Shown here: positions 63,338-64,000 of the stretch, in pieces | Numbering within the stretch: the stretch's first letter is position 1 | How the letters are laid out: every line of letters begins with the position of its first letter | From: Malacoraja senta | Taxonomy: Eukaryota | DNA: 64,000 nucleotides | Direction: 5' to 3' | NCBI GenBank assembly: GCA_038087875.1 | Contig: CM075988.1 | Location: 12,340,001-12,404,000 of the forward strand | The notes under the pieces: model-generated | What the model was told of the DNA's origin: nothing | What the model saw: the letters and a program-made list of their open reading frames with translations, nothing else | The model's database searches: none | Position numbers and translations under genes: made by a program

Positions 63338-63854
63338 CATGTCATAATGTGTGACAGTAAACATATGGATCATGGAAAGTTGCACTATTCTACATTTTCG
63401 CCACTATAGTTTTAATTGAAAAGTTTAAACTCTGCCTTTCATTGATTGAGGCTGAAACTAAAAATCTCATTAAAGCCATTTGGTATGACCGGTCCACTCT
63501 GTGGCAGAGAACAGACCCCAAGGTGTCTCAGTGTCAGTGTGTGGTAGTGAGCTGCTTTATCTCTCCACATTCATAAATTCAGCTTCCATCTGGTACAAAT
63601 TGTTTCTGCGTCTCCAGGCACTTGTGTGTGTGTGTGTGTTTTTACCTCTCTGATTCAGTCTCCTCTTGCATCTGTTTGTTTGCAAGGCCCCCTCAAGGCT
63701 ACTGCATAACCCTCTGAAACTAAGTGGAAAAAAAACTTGTTTTAAGCAATTTGAATAAGAAGAGTCAGAGATGTTATCATGAGATTAAGGGAATCGTAGC
63801 AATGAGTAGTTAAAAGGTGAGCAAAAACTCTGGAGCCATTGTTGACGAAAAACA

Positions 63855-64000
63855 TAGACCATGGAATAATACAGCTCAGGAATAGACCCTTCAGCCCACA
63901 TTGTCCTAGCTGAACATGATACCAAATTAAACTAATGTCCTCTGCCGGCACGTGATCCATATCCCTCCATTTCTTGCATATTCACGTGCTAAACCTCTTG
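63855..64000 (-). mobile_element. CR1 LINE 3' tail (runs off the window end)
   Basis: gacccttcagcccacattgtcc...atatccctccatt, similar to other CR1 tails in the window. Confidence 0.7.

Noticed and set aside
1..64000. Prokaryotic-type systems (CRISPR array, operon, defence island)
   Set aside because: No regularly spaced repeat-spacer array and no gene-dense ORF organisation; the content is vertebrate interspersed repeats.

Overview
Repeat-rich, AT-rich vertebrate genomic DNA with no recognisable host protein-coding exon, rRNA, tRNA or CRISPR array; it reads as intronic or intergenic. The repeat content (HE1-like V-SINEs sharing 3' tails with CR1 LINEs, SacSINE1/DeuSINE-like relics, Penelope-like elements, Rex1/Babar LINEs) points to a cartilaginous fish, most likely a skate or ray (inference). 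The only long ORF (57581-58714, minus) is the RT C-terminal half of a young, 5'-truncated CR1 LINE nested in a Rex1/Babar LINE. Boundaries resolved by hand include four Harbinger-type MITEs, one hAT-type element, a 1-kb TIR element with a 7-bp TSD, four solo LTRs (two of them related) and a Vingi-like fragment. The two most notable structures are a 602-bp inverted duplication inserted into a LINE tail between 11-bp direct repeats, and many Penelope-derived palindromic elements carrying a minimal hammerhead-ribozyme core. I found no evidence of a novel protein-coding system. Family names come from motif recognition rather than database searches, and coordinates of degraded repeats are approximate.
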